This document shows positions 46,062 to 55,438 of a stretch of DNA of 64,000 nt, one piece after another. The notes beneath the pieces are model-generated. The model saw only the letters and a program-made list of their open reading frames with translations. It ran no database searches and was not told where the DNA came from. The number at the start of each line of letters is the position of its first letter. The stretch's first letter is position 1. Both the position numbers and the translations under genes were made by a program. Source of the stretch: Acidobacteriota bacterium. GTDB taxonomy: Bacteria > Acidobacteriota > UBA6911. The DNA is taken from assembly GCA_963664705.1 (NCBI GenBank), contig OY761556.1:896001-960000 (forward strand), given 5' to 3'.

Positions 46062-46595
46062 ATGATGCTCTTGACTGTTCTGTTATTGCTATTGCAGGGC
46101 GCACAGGCCACGGCTATCCAGGATATCCCTTCGGCACCCGGCGTTTATTATCGGCAGCCTGCCCAATCCTGGATCAACATTCCTAAAGCCCCGATCCTGA
46201 GTTCAAAACTGATGGGTACCGGCCTCTTTGTGGAGACCGGCGGCTACACCAATCTTGGCACGGATGTCGTGTGCGAAGGGGATAAGGCAAAGACGCGCAT
46301 ATCCGATCCGATGCCGACCCTTTTTGTAAAGGGCATTGGTCCCGCCGAGGATGTGCAGATTGTTCGTCTCACGAAGAAGAAGGCCGGCCGCGCGTTTTAC
46401 AAGTCCTCGGCGAACTCGACCATCGAAAACAAGATCGGCGCCCGGAAATCCGATCTCCGGATGGTAACAGTGACCAGGATTGAAGAGGGCGTCATTGCCG
46501 TCACCCCCGATTCAAAATTGGATGCGGGGGAGTATCTGCTGGTAATCGGAGAACCCGATAACAGTTACGACTTTGGAATTGACGCAAAAAGATAA
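46062..46595 (+). CDS. hypothetical secreted protein
   Basis: Short signal peptide; C-terminal VTP..L.AGEYL..YDFGID. Confidence 0.65.
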   Translation: MMLLTVLLLLLQGAQATAIQDIPSAPGVYYRQPAQSWINIPKAPILSSKLMGTGLFVETGGYTNLGTDVVCEGDKAKTRISDPMPTLFVKGIGPAEDVQIVRLTKKKAGRAFYKSSANSTIENKIGARKSDLRMVTVTRIEEGVIAVTPDSKLDAGEYLLVIGEPDNSYDFGIDAKR

Positions 46596-46610
46596 CCCCG
46601 TAATTTCAGC

Positions 46611-47396
46611 TTACTGGGATAAGACAATCAATTCGCTGTTCTCGATGCGGATGTCCCGGATATAGTCGGGTAATTTGAATTTCTCTTTGTTTCCCGGCGA
46701 GGTGAAAAGCCGGTCCGCGGCAGCGTGCAGCGTGCTTGAGAACAGAGGCAGGGACCCGAATTTCCCACCCGTTGGATCCAGCCGCAAATAGCCATCCTCG
46801 GCCAGAAGGTGGCCTTCAAGTTCCATGGACATGTTCATGCCGTGCATGTCAAAGACTACATAGGCAAGGACCAGATCATCCTTCAACTCCAGCTTGATAT
46901 CACGAACGGTGGATTGCGCCTGCGACAGGGACGAGCTGTCCATAGAATGGATATTGGTGGCCGCCTTGGCCAGATCCGGGATTGATTGTGAATCAATGCC
47001 TCCGGCCCGGACGTCCTTTTTCAATGCGAGATTCGTTTGAATCCATGCATTCAGCTCCGGTTGATCCAACTCCAGTCTGCCGGCAACACCATGACGGGCT
47101 CCGGAAACAAAACGCTGGACCTTCTCCGCGGCCAGATGGGAAGCGTCCGGTGGAACGGCGATGACCGGAGGGGCAGAGGTCCGCAAAATTAGAAACAGCA
47201 CCAGGAGCAGACCCGCCAGCGTGACCCAACGGAATATTTTGTAAAAGCGCCATAGGCCGCCTGCGATCTGACCAATCATTCCCGGCCTTCTTTCCAGATA
47301 AACAGGCGGTGTTGTGCGAAGCTTGGCATAGACAAGGCCGCAGCGCAAACACTCGGACCCCCCACTTTGCTGGTAGCCACACTTTGGACAGTTCAT
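46611..47396 (-). CDS. membrane-anchored protein with an N-terminal zinc ribbon
   Basis: CPKC..CLRC; one TM; periplasmic domain (ELNAWI, IRDIRIEN). Confidence 0.7.
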   Translation of the reverse strand: MNCPKCGYQQSGGSECLRCGLVYAKLRTTPPVYLERRPGMIGQIAGGLWRFYKIFRWVTLAGLLLVLFLILRTSAPPVIAVPPDASHLAAEKVQRFVSGARHGVAGRLELDQPELNAWIQTNLALKKDVRAGGIDSQSIPDLAKAATNIHSMDSSSLSQAQSTVRDIKLELKDDLVLAYVVFDMHGMNMSMELEGHLLAEDGYLRLDPTGGKFGSLPLFSSTLHAAADRLFTSPGNKEKFKLPDYIRDIRIENSELIVLSQ

Positions 47397-47573
47397 GGGT
47401 TAGCAATCGGCTGCCCGATAGGAATACTGCAGGATAAATCATGAGCCCATTCCGTATCTTCTTCATTTCTGTAATCGCGATCACTTTTTCGGCGGGCCGA
47501 AAAAGCCGTTCCTGCCCATTGGCGCTTTTTCGCTTGCTCCGCCATTCAGAAATTATATATTTAGGCTTTTTTA

Positions 47574-48332
47574 ATGGAGCGAGCATTGGATTACCGCAGT
47601 CGTGATATCAGCATACAAAACAAAAATCTATTGGAGTTCATTCAGCAACTGGCCGCCGGGGAATTCCTGATCCCGACCTTTCAGCGCCTTTTTGTTTGGG
47701 ACCCCGAGAACATCTCCAGCCTCTGGGACAGCATTTTTCACTACTATCCCATCGGAACCATACTCTGCTGGAAAACGCGTACGCGCCTGCATGTGCATCG
47801 GCAGGTGGGCGGATTTTTTATCCCGGAGAACGGGGACACGGACAACAGGCTTCAGTCGTATATTCTGGACGGCCAGCAGCGGGCCACATCGCTGCTGGTA
47901 TCCTTTTATGGCGGAGTCGGCAAAGTGAAGGAGCATTTTGCGTTCGACTATACGCTCTACTTTGATTTGACCACAGCCACCTTCTTTTTTGAAAAGGACT
48001 ATTATCGCCACCGATGGGAAGCCGAGCCGGATTTTCTTGTGAAGCTCCGGGAGATCCCGGATCTGCCACCGGATCATTGCGACCGGTTGTCATTGGTTCG
48101 CGGGTATTCCGATGCGATTGAAAGCCACCTCGAACAGCTGAAATATGTTTTTACCGATTACAACATACCGTTGATCAATCTCGGGGGGTACGATATCGCC
48201 GGCGTCTGCGCAATTTTCGAACGGATCAACCAGACTGGAGTGCGGCTTAAGAACATGGATATTTTGATTGCGAGAGGATTCAAAAATTACGCCACGGTTG
48301 TCGAGGAGGATTTCCCCATCACCTCCGAATAG
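47574..48332 (+). CDS. DUF262 (GmrS/ParB-Srx-like) domain protein, stand-alone
   Basis: PTFQRLFVW, LDGQQRATSL and IFERINQTG motifs. Confidence 0.85.
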   Translation: MERALDYRSRDISIQNKNLLEFIQQLAAGEFLIPTFQRLFVWDPENISSLWDSIFHYYPIGTILCWKTRTRLHVHRQVGGFFIPENGDTDNRLQSYILDGQQRATSLLVSFYGGVGKVKEHFAFDYTLYFDLTTATFFFEKDYYRHRWEAEPDFLVKLREIPDLPPDHCDRLSLVRGYSDAIESHLEQLKYVFTDYNIPLINLGGYDIAGVCAIFERINQTGVRLKNMDILIARGFKNYATVVEEDFPITSE

Positions 48333-48359
48333 CGAATTTACTATCGTGCAGTTTGTTAG

Positions 48360-49361
48360 TTATGCGTTTACGAATTTATTAAGTGATTCAAACTGTTCCT
48401 GCGTTCCGATCACCACCAGGACGTCATCCCGGTGAATCTGCGAGCTCGCTTTGGGCTGCAGATCAAAGGAGCCGTCGTTCTTCTTGATTGCCAGGATGAG
48501 CGCTCCGGAGTTGCCCCGAATATCCGCGTCACCCACCGTTTTGTTTACCAGTTGAGAGCTGGCCGGAATTGGCATTTCGAACAAACTGAAGTCGACCTGG
48601 CCTCCGTGCGTCACGAGATCCAGGAAGTCGCTGGCAACCGGATGGATGGCCAAAGCCGCCATCCTTATGCCGGAGATGAAATAAGGCGATATCACCCGGT
48701 TGGCGCCTGCCATGATCAGCTTTTTTTCCGTGTCCTTGATTCCCGCCCTGGCCACAATGTTCAGATTCGGATTCAGGACGCGGGCGGACAGCGTAACGTA
48801 AACATTGGCGACGTCGGAATCGGAGCAGGCAATAAGCCCGGTAGCCGTTTTGATGCCGGCTTCCAGCAATACGCTGTCAACCGTGGCATCTCCTATAATG
48901 CTGGGGACATTTTTGGCGCGCAGTTCGTCCAGCGTCTCCTTCTTGCTGTCGATTACAACAAACGGGACCTTGGAAGATTCAAAGACCTGTGCCACCTGGT
49001 GACCAACTCTGCCGAAGCCGCAGATGATATAGTGCTGCTTCAACTGGCTGATGATCTTGTCCATCCTTTTCCTCTTTCTGTATCCGGACATTTCCCCTTC
49101 AACAATAGTCTCCACCGCCTGGCCGGCAAGATAGATCGCGCTGCCCACTCCGCCGATGATGATAAATATCGTGAATACCCTGCCGCCGGATGAAAGGGGA
49201 TGGACCTCCTGGAATCCAACCGTGAACAGGGTTGTGATAACCATGTAGGTGGCGTCAAGAAACGAATAATGCTCCATGGATTCGTATCCGATGATGCCAA
49301 TGATCAGTACCGAAGCCAATATGATGGTTGCCGGGAGCAGCCTTCGAAATGGATGGTCCAT
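48360..49361 (-). CDS. potassium channel protein (2TM pore + TrkA-N/TrkA-C RCK)
   Basis: TTLFTVGFQE pore; ICGFGRVG, GDAT and AGANRVISP motifs. Confidence 0.9.
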   Translation of the reverse strand: MDHPFRRLLPATIILASVLIIGIIGYESMEHYSFLDATYMVITTLFTVGFQEVHPLSSGGRVFTIFIIIGGVGSAIYLAGQAVETIVEGEMSGYRKRKRMDKIISQLKQHYIICGFGRVGHQVAQVFESSKVPFVVIDSKKETLDELRAKNVPSIIGDATVDSVLLEAGIKTATGLIACSDSDVANVYVTLSARVLNPNLNIVARAGIKDTEKKLIMAGANRVISPYFISGIRMAALAIHPVASDFLDLVTHGGQVDFSLFEMPIPASSQLVNKTVGDADIRGNSGALILAIKKNDGSFDLQPKASSQIHRDDVLVVIGTQEQFESLNKFVNA

Positions 49362-49551
49362 ACAGATCCGGGTTTATCCCTCACCGCTGAATTGTTGTAA
49401 GGCCAGATGAAGCCACATGATACCATGATGTTTCCACGAAGTGCCAAACGATCAGTTTTCTAATCGGCTGGGAGTGGTTTCGCGGGACCTGCCGGCTTGA
49501 TATATACGGAAGCCGCTCGAAACACTTATTTCAAGTTTCAGGGGTTAAACT

Positions 49552-50673
49552 TTGGCTCAGATTGAAATTGTCCCAGTGACCAGTGCCGGTGAAATGCGGC
49601 AGTTCATTCGCTTCCCATGGCGCATCTATCGCAACGATCCTTATTGGGTGCCCCCGTTGCTGCTCGACATGAAAAATCTCCTGGACAGGAAGAAGCACCC
49701 GTTTTTTGGCCATTCGTCTGCGGAATTTTTTCTCGCCCGCCGCCAGGGGGAGCCGGTTGGGCGTATTGCAGCTATCCTCAACAACAATCACAACTCGGTT
49801 CACAAGGAACGCACCGGTTTTTTTGGATTTTTCGAATCCATTAATGATGCCGGGGTGGCAACGGCGCTTCTGGAGCGTGCCGGACAATGGGTGCGCGAGC
49901 GCGGAATGGATCGAATGCGCGGACCGATGAACTATTCGACCAATGAGACGGTCGGCCTGCTCATAGAGGGGTTTGATTCACTCCCTTGCATCATGATGCC
50001 GCATAATCCGGCCTATTACGGCGACCTGATCGAGAAATCCGGATTTTCCAAAACAATGGACTTGTATGCATGGTGGCTGTTGACGGAGAAAGGTCTGAGC
50101 CCGAAGATCACCCGTGTAGGGGAAAGAGTTCTGAAAGATCAGGGAATCCGTGTGCGTTGCATCAATATGAAGGATTATTGGGGGGACGTTGCCATCATCA
50201 AACGGATTTATAACGATGCGTGGAGCGACAACTGGGGATTTGTGCCGATGACGGATGAGGAATTCCATCATATGGCCAAAGATCTCAAGATGGTTGTGGA
50301 CCCTCGCGTCGTTCTGATCGCGGAAAAGAACGAAGAACCGGTCGCCTTCTCCCTTGCGCTCCCTGATGTGAATCAGGCTTTGAAAAAGATCAATGGAAGA
50401 CTGTTTCCCTTCGGACTGCCGCGGCTTTTATACCTTACGAGGCACATACAGCAGGTTCGCGTCCTGGCACTGGGGATTTCCAAGAAGGTACAGAATTGCA
50501 ATGGGCTCGGGGCTGCGCTGTATTACGAGTCTTTCCGACGTGGCGTGGAGGCAGGATATCGCAGTTGCGAGTTTTCCTGGACACTCGAGATCAACGACCT
50601 GATCAACCGGAGTATGCAGCTGTTCGGGGCAGAGATCTATAAACGGTACAGGATTTTCGAAAAGCCACTGTAG
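49552..50673 (+). CDS. YghO-like GNAT acyltransferase, bacterial ceramide synthase (bCerS)-like
   Basis: FIRFPWRIY..DPYWVPPL, GRIAA, GFFGFFE, RGPMN, GLLIEGF, MMPHNPAYY, NDAWSDNWGFVP, LPDVN, SWTLE.N and YKRYRIF; TTG start. Confidence 0.75.
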   Translation: MAQIEIVPVTSAGEMRQFIRFPWRIYRNDPYWVPPLLLDMKNLLDRKKHPFFGHSSAEFFLARRQGEPVGRIAAILNNNHNSVHKERTGFFGFFESINDAGVATALLERAGQWVRERGMDRMRGPMNYSTNETVGLLIEGFDSLPCIMMPHNPAYYGDLIEKSGFSKTMDLYAWWLLTEKGLSPKITRVGERVLKDQGIRVRCINMKDYWGDVAIIKRIYNDAWSDNWGFVPMTDEEFHHMAKDLKMVVDPRVVLIAEKNEEPVAFSLALPDVNQALKKINGRLFPFGLPRLLYLTRHIQQVRVLALGISKKVQNCNGLGAALYYESFRRGVEAGYRSCEFSWTLEINDLINRSMQLFGAEIYKRYRIFEKPL

Positions 50674-50696
50674 CGGCGGCGATCCTTGCTCCCGCG

Positions 50697-52238
50697 TTAA
50701 ACTGACGCCTGCTTGCCGCCGAGCTTTGCCAATTCTTCCGCCAGCGCCTGAACAGCGTACCGGATTTCCTCTTCGGTATGGGTTGCGCTGATAAAAAAGC
50801 GCAATCGTGCCGCATCTTCCTCCACGGCGGGATGGACAATAGGCTGAACGTTTATCTTGCGTTCAATCAAGGCCTGGCTTAGCTGCATGCATCGGATGGA
50901 ATTGCCGATGATCGCCGGAATTACCGCAACTCCAACGGCGTGGCCGGTATTGATTCCATGGCTGCGAGCCAGGTCAAGGAAAAGCTTGGATCGGTCTCGA
51001 AGCTGTTCGACCACTTTGGGAAGGCGCTGCATCAGTTCAAGGGCTTTGAGTGCCGCGGCCGCGTTGGGTGGTGCCATCCCTACGGAATACAGGAATCCGG
51101 GTGCCGTAAACTTGAGATAACGGACCAACGGGCTGTTTCCGGCAATGTAGCCTCCACAGCTTGCGAACGATTTGGAAAGAGTACCCATCCAGAGATCGAC
51201 CTCAACCGGGTCCACCCCGGGGAAGTGATGTGCGACGCCTCGCCCTGATGGCCCAAGGACTCCGAGCGAATGCGCCTCGTCGATCAGGAGGTTGCACTGG
51301 AATTTCTTCTTTATTTCAATAAGCCGCGGCAGGTCGCAGATATCTCCATCCATGGAAAAGAGGCCTTCAGAACAGATGAGCGTACGCCGGTATTGGGCGC
51401 GAATCTGTCCCAGGATATGCTCCAGATCCGCTGTGTCCGCATGCTTGAATGGCAGTCGTTTGGCTCCGGAAAGGTAGATGCCCTGGAGAATACTGTCGTG
51501 GCAGAGAGAATCGTGCAGGACCAGGTCGTTCTTATCGTACAGGTGTCCAATGGTGGTTACATTGGTGGCATGCCCGCTTACAAAGACAACCGCATCCTCG
51601 ACGCCAATATGTTGGGCAATTCCTTTTTCAAGATCCCGATGAATTTGTCGTTCGCCGGAAACCGGGCGGCTGGCGGAAACGGAAGTGCCGTATCGGTCGA
51701 TGGCGTCTTTGGCGGCGGCACTCACCTCAGGATGACCGGATAGGCCGAGGTAGTTATAGCTCGAGAAATTCAGCATATCGATTCCATCGATAACGCTGTG
51801 GTTTCTGGCTGTGCCTTCATGAACATGAAAATATGGATTTCTCAATCCGGCCGCTTCAATCTCCAGCAGGCGTTCTCCGATGCTTTTTATCTCCGGGAAC
51901 TTTCTTGTATCCCAAAATTCCGGGTTGGCACCTCCCGGTTGCGGCACCGCTTCGCCTTGAGCTTCAGGCGATTCTTCGGGCAGGCTAAATCCGGACGGAA
52001 GCTTCTTGTGGATCAAATCCAGCAGATCGCGCACATTGCTGAGAGACGCCACTTCTTCATCTGCGATGCGGATCGAAAGGTTTTCCTCGAGCACGCCGAT
52101 CACTTCCATCATGGCTACAGAATCCAGACCCAGTTCAGAAATGGGCGTAGCCGGGCTCAACTGATCGAAGTCCCTCAAATTGACATCGTAAACCGCAGCC
52201 CTGAGCACATTTAGAAGATTTTGATCCGTGCTTTCCAT
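50697..52238 (-). CDS. ACP-fused alpha-oxoamine synthase (serine palmitoyltransferase-like)
   Basis: N-terminal ACP (LGLDSV); NFSSYNYLGL, FSMDGD, DEAHS and GTLSKS (PLP Lys). Confidence 0.85.
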   Translation of the reverse strand: MESTDQNLLNVLRAAVYDVNLRDFDQLSPATPISELGLDSVAMMEVIGVLEENLSIRIADEEVASLSNVRDLLDLIHKKLPSGFSLPEESPEAQGEAVPQPGGANPEFWDTRKFPEIKSIGERLLEIEAAGLRNPYFHVHEGTARNHSVIDGIDMLNFSSYNYLGLSGHPEVSAAAKDAIDRYGTSVSASRPVSGERQIHRDLEKGIAQHIGVEDAVVFVSGHATNVTTIGHLYDKNDLVLHDSLCHDSILQGIYLSGAKRLPFKHADTADLEHILGQIRAQYRRTLICSEGLFSMDGDICDLPRLIEIKKKFQCNLLIDEAHSLGVLGPSGRGVAHHFPGVDPVEVDLWMGTLSKSFASCGGYIAGNSPLVRYLKFTAPGFLYSVGMAPPNAAAALKALELMQRLPKVVEQLRDRSKLFLDLARSHGINTGHAVGVAVIPAIIGNSIRCMQLSQALIERKINVQPIVHPAVEEDAARLRFFISATHTEEEIRYAVQALAEELAKLGGKQASV

Positions 52239-52382
52239 GTTCTCACCTGATTAATGTAATACTGTTGAGGCTGTCCTCAGCCGAAGTCAGGCATCATACC
52301 ATAGGTGCTTCGACGTCTTACAGGAAGACATGCACTTGTTGAGTATGGAGGCGGTTTGGCGGTAGGGAAGGGAGGGTGCAGC

Positions 52383-54104
52383 TTAACCTAGAACAAGGCT
52401 TTCGGCACGCTGGGGCGTAGCGCATTGGTTCGAATTGCCCAGCAGGCCATCTTCGAACAGCGCCTTGGTCCTCCGCCGCTGCAGCTTTCCGCTGGAAGTC
52501 TTGGGAATGGATCCTCGCCCGACCAGGACAACCTTATCCACGGAAAGGCTAAAGGCAGAACGAACCTGGTCACTAACGGCGCGGGCCAATGCCACATTAT
52601 CCTGCATGGTGGTTTCTGCGATGATGATCAGCTTCTCGGTGGATTCCCCATCAACCGAGAATGCCACGACGCTTCCTTTTCGGATTCCGGATATCTCCTC
52701 GACCACCCACTCAATGGCCTGTGGCGGATAGTTGCGTCCATTGATGATAACCAGATCCTTCTGTCTGCCCGAAATATATAGATCCCCGTTCAGGATGAAT
52801 CCGAGATCCCCTGTGTGCAGCCATCCCCCTTTCAGGAGCTGGCTGGAGGCCTCCGGGTTTTGAAAGTAGCCGGGAGTGACGCTGGGGCCCTTGAACACAA
52901 TTTCGCCGACCTTCCCCTCGGGGAGCGATTTGCCCTTCTCATCCAGAATTCTGAGTTCGTGTTCTCTGAAGGTCCGTCCGCAGGAAACGAGTTCAAATCT
53001 CTTCTTGGGATCTCCGTCGTCATCACCATTCAATGGCACCGCAACGTTTTTTGACTCGTACAGATGCCGGTTGAGTACCAGCTTTCGTACGGGGCGGTGC
53101 AAATGATCAAACGCGATCGCAAGCGTCGCCTCGGCCATCCCGTAGCAAGGCATGATGGCGTGCGATTTGAGTCCCCAGGGTTCGAAGGTGGACAGGAATT
53201 TTTCCATTGTCCTGGGATTGATCGGTTCGGCGCCGCATCCCAATACACGCAGGCACGACAGATCCAGTTCCATCCTGGACTTTTTCGGTGCGCGCTTGGT
53301 CGCAAGATCGAATGCGAAGTTGGGGCCGAAGGTAATCGATGCCCGATATTTGTGTACTGTTTCCATCCAAACCGCGGGGTGTTTTACAAATGCAATCGTC
53401 GGAATGAATATCGCCGGTATCTGCGCCACGAGAGTCGAAATGACGAATCCGATCAAACCCATGTCGTGATACAACGGAAGCCAGGAAACCGCCCGGTCAA
53501 AATCCGGCTTTATCTCCAGGGTCTCGATAATTGCATGAGCATTTGCAATGAGGTTGCGGTGCGTTACCACAACGCCGCGCGGAGCCGAGGTGGATCCGGA
53601 GGTGAACTGAAGGAAACATGGATCGTCAGGCTTGATAGTGAATTCCTGCAGAACGATATCCGGGTCGGCATTTCTCAGCCGCTGAACATTCAACAGCTCT
53701 TTTAGTGCAGGCAGACGGGAGAGAAGAGGATCCAGGACAGGGATAAAATCCCCGGTGGTGATCAACGCATTCGCGCCGGAAACACGCAGGATACCGGTCG
53801 CCCGCTCGAGATAGTTGTCCATTCGGCCAAGCGCCAGCGGGGGATAAAGCGGAACGGGCATAAGCCCGGCAACGATGGTGCCCAGGAATGTGAGGACAAA
53901 GTCTTCCGGAGAGTTCAGCACAAGGGCAACACGGTCTCCCTTTGCCAGACCCATCGCCTGGAGAGAAGCTCCGATGCGCTTCGCTTCCTTAAAAACGTCG
54001 GCAAAAGACCAGTCCGTGGGATTCAGGTCGTTATCAAGGAACGTATAGCCTTTGTGCGTTATAGACGAAGCCGCATCGCGGGCATCGGTAAGCGTTCCTA
54101 ACAT
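52383..54104 (-). CDS. fatty acyl-AMP ligase (FAAL)
   Basis: FLQFTSGSTSAPRGV, SWLPLYHDMGLIG, PCYGMAEATL, TGDLGF, GRQKD and PKTSSGKLQR motifs. Confidence 0.9.
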   Translation of the reverse strand: MLGTLTDARDAASSITHKGYTFLDNDLNPTDWSFADVFKEAKRIGASLQAMGLAKGDRVALVLNSPEDFVLTFLGTIVAGLMPVPLYPPLALGRMDNYLERATGILRVSGANALITTGDFIPVLDPLLSRLPALKELLNVQRLRNADPDIVLQEFTIKPDDPCFLQFTSGSTSAPRGVVVTHRNLIANAHAIIETLEIKPDFDRAVSWLPLYHDMGLIGFVISTLVAQIPAIFIPTIAFVKHPAVWMETVHKYRASITFGPNFAFDLATKRAPKKSRMELDLSCLRVLGCGAEPINPRTMEKFLSTFEPWGLKSHAIMPCYGMAEATLAIAFDHLHRPVRKLVLNRHLYESKNVAVPLNGDDDGDPKKRFELVSCGRTFREHELRILDEKGKSLPEGKVGEIVFKGPSVTPGYFQNPEASSQLLKGGWLHTGDLGFILNGDLYISGRQKDLVIINGRNYPPQAIEWVVEEISGIRKGSVVAFSVDGESTEKLIIIAETTMQDNVALARAVSDQVRSAFSLSVDKVVLVGRGSIPKTSSGKLQRRRTKALFEDGLLGNSNQCATPQRAESLVLG

Positions 54105-54333
54105 AAACTCCCCATAAGACCGAAACGCGTCACGTTAACGCTTGATTTCCTAATTATTAGCCATGGGCAAATCGAAAATCCGGCCGCCTCGAGTGCCTGT
54201 GGGCTGCTATCAATAAACATATCCGGATGACGCATCGAACATAGCCTTTTTCTGTCAGACTTGCAATGAGTTTCCGTTATTCGGCCTTCCATTTGTTTGC
54301 ATATCCCAGGATTAGAATTTCGTAATGTAAGGG

Positions 54334-55326
54334 TCACAGCCACCCATGGTTCCGGTACCATTCGACGGTGCTCCGCATGCCGTCTTGCAGGTTGATTTGC
54401 GGACTAAACCCCAGGAGCTTGCGTGCCTTCGTTGTGTTGCATAGCCAGCAGGGGTGCAGGAGTTCCCTTACTTTCTGGCTGCTGACCGTTGAGGGTCGCT
54501 TGGTAATGCCCGCCCACAAATCCCCGGCAAAACCAGCCATCTTGGCAATAAGCGGCGGGAAAGCAATTCTGCGATATGTTTTGGCCAACTCCTGAGCGAT
54601 CGTGCGACCGACTTCATCCCAGGTATATATTTCCTCACGCGAAATAAAGAAGACCTCGCCCGAGGCGATGGATAGCTCTCCGGCAAGGATAAGGGCATCG
54701 GCCAAGTCGTCGACATGGATGAGGCTGAAACGCCGTGTGAAGCGGCCTGGAGTAAAGAGACAGCCCCGCTGAATCATGCGGAAGATCAAAAGTGTTTCAC
54801 GATCGCCGGGTCCATAAACAGCGGAAGGACGCAGAATCGCAACGTGAAAAGCTTTGGCAAAGCGCAGCACCTCTGCCTCGGCCGCCAGTTTACTTTCTCC
54901 GTACCAGGAAATCGGCTTGGGCGGATAGTCTTCGGTGAGGCCCGTTCCATCGGAGCTTGGACCGGCGGCGGCAAGGCTGCTCACGTGAACAAAGCGGCGA
55001 ATACCGGAACTTTCCGAAAGAGCTTCCAGGAGTTGTCGTGTGCCGATCTGGTTGGTTTGGAAAAAGGCATCGCGATTGGCGGCCTTGATGGCTCCGGCAA
55101 CATGATAAACAGTTTCGATCCCCGTTACAGCCTTGCGCATGCCTGCCGCATTTCCCAGATCTGCGAGTTGCAGCCGGATCGGCATTTTTGCGAGCGCGCG
55201 CGTGTCACTCGTGCTGCGCACGAGGCAGGTAACCGCATAGCCCTTTTCAATCAGTTTCCGGACGAGGTTGATTCCGACGAATCCTGTCGCACCTGTAACC
55301 AGCACTGCGGGTTTTATTTCAGTCAT
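54334..55326 (-). CDS. extended SDR / NAD-dependent epimerase-dehydratase (candidate ceramide or 3-keto reductase)
   Basis: VTGATGFVG, SSLAA, YGESK and RPSAVYGPGD motifs. Confidence 0.85.
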   Translation of the reverse strand: MTEIKPAVLVTGATGFVGINLVRKLIEKGYAVTCLVRSTSDTRALAKMPIRLQLADLGNAAGMRKAVTGIETVYHVAGAIKAANRDAFFQTNQIGTRQLLEALSESSGIRRFVHVSSLAAAGPSSDGTGLTEDYPPKPISWYGESKLAAEAEVLRFAKAFHVAILRPSAVYGPGDRETLLIFRMIQRGCLFTPGRFTRRFSLIHVDDLADALILAGELSIASGEVFFISREEIYTWDEVGRTIAQELAKTYRRIAFPPLIAKMAGFAGDLWAGITKRPSTVSSQKVRELLHPCWLCNTTKARKLLGFSPQINLQDGMRSTVEWYRNHGWL

Positions 55327-55438
55327 AGCGGTTTGTAGAATAGCGAATTCCGGGCTTCAGTTGCGAAAATAAAGGTGTACTTTAGCAGGTATCCGGAGCC
55401 TTCAGCAACCTTCCCTCCATACAGGCGCTCGGACCTGA

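Noticed and set aside
50697-52238. Annotation as bioF (8-amino-7-oxononanoate synthase)
   Set aside because: No bio genes are adjacent. The ACP fusion, the SKS motif and the FAAL/GNAT/SDR neighbours favour lipid synthesis.
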